Assembly (NCBI GenBank): GCA_951406725.2
Contig: OX597816.1
Location: 53,816,001 to 53,880,000 of the forward strand
From: Octopus vulgaris
Lineage: Eukaryota
DNA length: 64,000 nt
Reading direction: 5' to 3'
Both the position numbers and the translations under genes were made by a program. The notes below the pieces were generated by a model, which made no database searches, was not told the origin of the DNA, and saw only the letters and a program-made list of their open reading frames with translations. Below are positions 62,987-64,000 of this stretch, in pieces. Positions within the stretch are counted from its first letter, which is position 1; every line of letters starts with the position of its first letter.

Positions 62987-63302
62987 ATCTTTTTCATATA
63001 AGTCCTTTAAGAAAATAACATCCAGCCTTCTTCCCTCTATTCGTTAATTCCTTTGTCAAGTCACCCTTTAAAGGGTTCATTATCACTCAAGACAACGACA
63101 ACAATATTTGGCTTAACAACTAAGACCTGTTACTGTTGTTGGTGTGAGTTCTGTGGTTATGTAATGTGTTAGATGGTTGTGTGTGTCTGGTTAAGAAATT
63201 CACTCCTGAAACCTGTTGTTAGGGGTTTGATCCCTTTTGGTTATAAGACAATTGGTTGGTGTTTTCCACATTAACCTACAGTTAACCATTGCTGTTGGTT
63301 AA

Positions 63303-63555
63303 TCATCATTATCATTATTTAACGTCCGTTTTCCATGCTAGCATGGGTTGGACAGTTCAACTGGGGTCCGGGAAGCCAGAAGGCTGCGCCAGGCCCAGTC
63401 TGATCTGGCAGTGTTTCCTAACGCCAACCACTCCGAGAGTGTAGTGGGTGCTTTTTATGTGCCACCTGCACAAGGTGCCAGACGAGGCTGGCAAACGGCC
63501 ACGATCGGATGGTGCTTTTTATGTGCCACCGGCACGGGGGCCAGACGAGGCTGGT
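63303..63555 (-). mobile_element. Solo RTE 3' tail with ~1.5 UTR repeat units (other tails at 62180-62550)
   Basis: Matches 37621-37900. Confidence 0.85.
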
Positions 63556-63861
63556 AGACTTTTTGATAAATGGAAACTGGAAGAAGCACATTGGGTATAT
63601 ATGTATGTGCATGAATGTGTACATACATATATTTTGTTTTGCTTTGTGCATACAGATTGTAAACAAAAGCATCAAATAAATTCATATAAACAGTGTTGGT
63701 GGTTGGCAGCTTTCGGTTGTTTGATACTCTAGAGAAATTATTAGCTGTTGGTGTCAGCAAGATTAAAACAATGAAGATGAGGAGATCTTTTTACATAAAA
63801 GGTTGTTTGCCAATATTTCCCTTATAAAAATATATACTTTTTATTTTTTATTTTTTACTTG

Positions 63862-64000
63862 TAGGGTTCATGTTCAGAATGTAGGACAAAGGCAATCATG
63901 TCCTGCCACGATTCTCTGTTCTTTGTTTTCTGTAATAGTTCCACTTCCTGGTGTTTAATGCTTCTTTCTTCCAACCATTTCATCAAGCTTCACATCCATA
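63862..64000 (-). mobile_element. RTE-like C-terminal fragment running off the window
   Basis: Minus strand reads ELLQKTKNRESWQDMIAFV, resembling the RTE terminal xxR..WR motif. Confidence 0.45.

Noticed and set aside
63850-63900. Acceptor-like TTTTTACTTGTAG| as the next host exon
   Set aside because: The phase required by exon 57535-57647 hits a stop within 6 codons, and the minus strand resembles an RTE end.

Overview
Repeat-saturated eukaryotic genomic DNA, most likely from an octopus (inferred from its tRNA-derived SINEs and RTE, CR1/L2 and Dong-R4 LINE repertoire). Most of the 64 kb is transposon-derived: one near-intact young RTE LINE (37621-42568, minus strand, one 2-bp frameshift) nested in an older RTE, many RTE, CR1/L2, Dong-R4 and Gypsy remnants, three SINE families, Penelope-like remnants with hammerhead-like motifs, a decayed autonomous Helitron plus non-autonomous Helitrons, two mariner copies, a DD37D/maT element, piggyBac-type and other MITEs, and long micro/minisatellites that produce most of the spurious ORFs. 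The 5' part of one probable plus-strand host gene is visible: putative non-coding exon ending 30477, coding exon 32563-32744 and an in-phase coding exon 57535-57647 across a ~24.8 kb intron; the peptide looks like a transcription-factor N-terminus with a weak resemblance to NR5A/FTZ-F1. The most unusual element is a 180-bp CpG-rich, highly self-complementary insertion with a perfect 9-bp target-site duplication (62807-62986), Merlin- or MULE-like. No CRISPR, rRNA or bona fide tRNA genes were found. Boundaries of degraded elements are approximate and family names rest on motif recognition, not database searches.
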